Assembly: GCF_009914755.1 (NCBI RefSeq) | Contig: NC_060934.1 | Reading direction: 5' to 3' (one strand) | DNA: 64,000 bases | DNA from: the human T2T-CHM13v2.0 reference genome, Homo sapiens | Shown here: positions 57,448-64,000 of the stretch, piece by piece | How the letters are laid out: the number at the start of each line of letters is the position of its first letter | How positions within the stretch are numbered: position 1 is the stretch's first letter | Notes under the pieces: generated by a model | The model's database searches: none | What the model saw: the letters and a program-made list of their open reading frames with translations, nothing else | Told to the model about the DNA's origin: nothing | Translations under genes and position numbers: made by a program

Positions 57448-58154
57448 CTAAATAAATAAATAAATAAACAGCACCAGTAGACCAGACAAGGTGGCTAGTG
57501 CCCATAATCCCAGCCCTTTGGGAGGAAGGTGAGAGAACTGCTTGAGGCCAGGAGTTCAAAACCAGTCTGGGTAACACAGCAAGACCCTGCCTCTATTAAA
57601 AAAAAAAAAAAAAAAAAAAAAAAGCCAGGGATGGTGGCATGAAAGGCTGAGGCTGGAGGTTCCCTTGAGCTCAGGAGTTGGAGGCTGCAGTGAGATATGA
57701 TCATGCCACTGCACTGTAGCCTTGGTAACAGAGATCCTGTCTCTTTTAAAAAAAAAAAAAAGACAACTGCATAAAGCAATAGTCATAAATCTATATTGAT
57801 GCCCATAAAATGTAAAAAGATATATTTGAATGGCAAGAAAGTCACAAACAGGTGAGGTGGGAATGGAGCTATATAAGTGCAGTTTTTTTATACTATTAAA
57901 ATTAAGTTTCTGTTAATCTAAACTAGATTGTTATAAACTTAAATGTTAAGTATGATTCTCCAGGCAACCATTAGAAAATGACTCAAAATATATAGAAAAT
58001 GAAGTGAGTTGGGTGCAGTGGCTCACGTCTATAATCCCAGCACTTTGGGAGGATGAGGCAAGAGAACAGCTTGAGTCCAGAAGTTCACAGCTGCAGTGAG
58101 GTATGATCACACCACTGTACTCCAGCCTCAGCAACAGAGTGAGACTTTGTCTCA

Positions 58155-58276
58155 AAGAAGAAGAAAGAAAGAGGAAAGAAGAAAGGCAGGCAGGCAAGAA
58201 GGAAGGAAGTTAGGAAAGAAAGAGAGAAAGAAAGAAAGAGAGAGGGAGAGAGAAGGAAAGAAAGAAAGAAAGAGAG

Positions 58277-58338
<62 letters not shown>

Positions 58339-58365
58339 GAAAAAGAAAGAAAGAGAGAAGGAGAA
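58155..58365 (+). repeat. Long (GAAA)n / GA-rich purine tract at an Alu tail
   Basis: About 200 bp of almost pure purines; source of the spurious K/E/R-rich and F/S/L-rich ORFs. Confidence 0.97.
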
Positions 58366-58443
58366 ATAGCAATGGAACACAAGAAAATATCTAGTTGGGA
58401 CTCCACTGATGGAGAGTGAAAAAAAAAAAGGATGAAAATATCA

Positions 58444-58860
<417 letters not shown>

Positions 58861-59069
58861 TCACTTGAACCTGGGAGGCGGAGGTTGCAGTGAGCTGGGA
58901 TCACAACACTGCACTCCGGCCAGGGCGACAGACAAAGACTCCATCTCAAAAACAAAGAAAAAGATAAAACAAAACAAAAAACTGACTAAATGCTTTCTAT
59001 AAGAGACAAACTTTTTAATTTTTATTTTTTATTTATTTATTTATTTTTATTTATTTATTTTTTTTTTGA

Positions 59070-59228
<159 letters not shown>

Positions 59229-59650
59229 TAGTAGAGAAGAGGTTTCTCCATGTTGGTCAGGCTGGTCTCAAACTACCGACCTCAGGTGATCTGCCCGTCT
59301 CGGCCTCCCAAAGTGCTGGGATTACACGCGTGAGCCACTCGCCCGCCTAAGAGACAAACTTTAGATTCAAAGACACAAATAGGTGAAAATAAAAGAGTGG
59401 AAAAAAGATATGCCATGAAAAAAGTAACCAAAAGAGAGCTGGAGCAGCTATACTAATATCAGACAAAATTGACTTTAAGACAAAAGTTGTTAGTAGAAAC
59501 AAAGAAGGACATTTTATAACAATAAATGGAAGAATCCATCAGGAAGATAAGACAATTATAAACATATACACACCTAACAACAGAGCCCCAAAATACATGA
59601 TGCAAAAACTGATAGAATTAAAAGGAGAAACAGGCAATTCAACAACAATA

Positions 59651-60485
<835 letters not shown>

Positions 60486-61686
60486 TAGCTGGAGATTTCA
60501 ATGCCTACTTTCAACAGTGGATGAAACAGCTAGACAGAAGATCATCAAGGAAACAGAAGACTTGAGTAACACTATAAACCAACTAGACCCAACAGACGCC
60601 TACAGAACACTCCACAACAACAGCAGACAACACATTCTCCTCAAGAGCACATGAAACATTCTCCAGAGTAGGCCATTTGTTAGCCCATTAAAGAAGTCTC
60701 AATAAATGTAAAGGACTGAAATAATAAAAAGCATGTCCTTCAACCACAATAGAATGAAATTACATAACAGATAGGAAAGGAAATTTGGGAAATTCAAAAA
60801 AATGTGGAAATTAAACAACATTCTCTAGTAGTAAAAAGACCTGGAGCTTCCTGGAGACATGACTGATTCTAGCATAAGTGCAGGGAAAAGACCAGGTGAG
60901 GCTGGAATCTCTTCTAGTACTACAAAGTAAACCAGTACTCAAAAAAATAAATAAAAAGGAATACAGGAGTCAACCTGGAAGAGCTCCCAATGGCTGAAGC
61001 AAGAACAATTTGAGTAACAAAAGAAGCAACACGGTATTGGATTATAACCCAAAGATAAAATTAATATCCATAACCCATACTTACATAAATAAAAGACTAC
61101 ATAAATAAATGGAGGAGAAGAGACAAACTTCCTTACAGAATTCCAAATAGCTTATCTAGCTAACTACCTAATCTCCTTTCCAGGAGATGGAGCTTAACTT
61201 CCCCAGGACCCTGAGTATGGGCTGCTCTCAGTAACTTGCTTCCAAAGAACAGAGCATGGAAAGACAGTAAAGAGTAACTTTACAGTGGAGAAACCTAGCA
61301 AACACTACCTCAGCCAGGTGATCAAGGTAAAGAGTCATGTTATTACCATGTGAAGAGGATGGCACTTTACCTCTGTGGTTTTCCTCCCAAGAACCCATAA
61401 CCCCTGTCTAATCCTGAGAAAAACATCAGAAAAAAACCCAGTTGAAGGATATTCCACAAAATACCTGACCAGCAGATGCTAAGGAGACATGATGACTAAT
61501 GTAATGTGGTATCCTGGATGGGATCCTGGAACAGAAAAAGGACATTAGGGGAAAACTACTGAGCCGTACATAAAATTTGGAGTTTAATTAATAGTAATGG
61601 ACCAGAGCTAGGCACGGTGGCTCACAACTGTAATCCTAGCACTTTGGGAGGCCGAGGTAGAAGGATCACTGGAGCCCAGGAATTCA

Positions 61687-62051
<365 letters not shown>

Positions 62052-62133
62052 TCACTGCAACCTTGAGAGGCTCAAGTGAGCCTCTCCATTAACTGGGACT
62101 ACAGGCACACACCACCACATCTGGCTAACTTAA

Positions 62134-62271
<138 letters not shown>

Positions 62272-63371
62272 TAAGATGTTAACAGAGGAAACTGAGTGAG
62301 CCATATATAGGAATTCTATGTAATATCTTTGCAACTTTTCTATAAATCTACAACTATTCAAAAATCTAAAATTTTATTTTTTTTAATGATCTGAGGCCTG
62401 CCAATAGCCATGGGAGTGAGCTTTTAAGCAGATCCTACCCTAGTTGACCCTTGAGATAACTGAAGCTCCAGCTGACATTTTAATTATACCCTTATAAGAG
62501 ACCCTAGGCTGGGCATGGTGGCTCACGCCTGTAATCCCAGCACTTTGGGAGGCCAAAGTGGGTGGATCACATGAAGTCAGGGGTTCAAAACCAGGTGGGC
62601 CAACATTGGGAAAACCCGTCTCTACTAAAAATACAAAAATTAGCCAGGCTTCGTGGAGCATACCTGTAATCCCAGCTACTCAGGAGGCTGAGGCTGGAGA
62701 ACAGCTTGAACCCATGAGGCAGAGGTTGCAGTGAGCTGAGCACACCACTGCACTCCAGCCTGAGGGACAGAGTGAGATTCCATCTCAAAAAAGAAGAAAA
62801 AGAGATCCTGGGCTAGAAGCATCCAGCTAAGCTGCCCCAAGATTTCTGATCCACAGAAATTATGAAATAATAAAAGTTTGTTGTTTTAAGCTGTTAAGTT
62901 TTGGAGCAATTTGTTACACAGCAATAATAACTAATAGAGTATACTTCCTTTTATGTAGAATATTCAGAAGTATCCCCCACAAAAACACTGGGATAATTTG
63001 CATTCCATTTGTTTGATAGTTATATTCTTCACTGTAAATAATAAATTCTCATTCTAGTTTTTACAACAGATTCCACAGCAAATTTACTTAGCCTGAGGCC
63101 ATCCCAAAAAACTTATTTTGAAGTATAAAAGCAAAATATATGTCAATGAATGCCAAATCTACATTCCTATCCAGATTAATTTCCTACTAGACACATTCAC
63201 TCGGACAGTACATGGCATCTCAAAATCAACACACCCGATATTCCTGTATTTCCTATGTCAGTTAAAATTCTCAGCATCCAACCCTAAGCCAAAAATAATT
63301 CATCCTTGACTTCTTTTCACTCACCCATGCACAGCCTTTCTACTCAAGCACTAAACCCTGCTGATAAATAG

Positions 63372-63682
<311 letters not shown>

Positions 63683-63791
63683 TGAGCCACTGTGCCCAGC
63701 CAAATATTTCTTAAAGAGAGCCTCCTGTATCTATCCCTAATACCATTGCTCTAGTTTAAGTATTCATCATCTCTACTGGTCCTTCTCCTAG

Positions 63792-63998
<207 letters not shown>

Positions 63999-64000
63999 TG

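Noticed and set aside
58085-58419. K/E/R-rich and F/L/S-rich ORFs
   Set aside because: Translations of the (GAAA)n tract.

Overview
Primate (human-like) genomic DNA with no prokaryotic features. It holds all nine coding exons and the 3' UTR of PBLD (PhzF-like protein, 288 aa) on the minus strand: join(46055-45972, 36198-36099, 35577-35479, 31450-31341, 31251-31222, 28215-28127, 27857-27679, 24585-24523, 23464-23352). The non-coding first exon and promoter are not in the window. The left edge holds the 3' part of a processed KRT19 pseudogene. From memory of the human map this is 10q21.3, between ATOH7 and HNRNPH3. The rest is dominated by about 75 Alu copies or fragments, old L1 pieces, MaLR/ERV LTRs and DNA transposon remnants, and nearly all entries in the ORF track are repeat artefacts. 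The most unusual structure is at 14.9-20.3 kb. A complete THE1 provirus has its 3' LTR interrupted by an SVA whose normal 5' end is replaced by a 322-nt CpG-island-like leader, apparently captured by splicing from a gene I cannot identify (it does not match the MAST2 leader as I recall it). The block is bracketed by an old ~190-bp inverted duplication whose two copies each received an Alu at nearly the same site. I cannot claim a new biological system from sequence alone; the captured-leader SVA is the best candidate for something poorly described.
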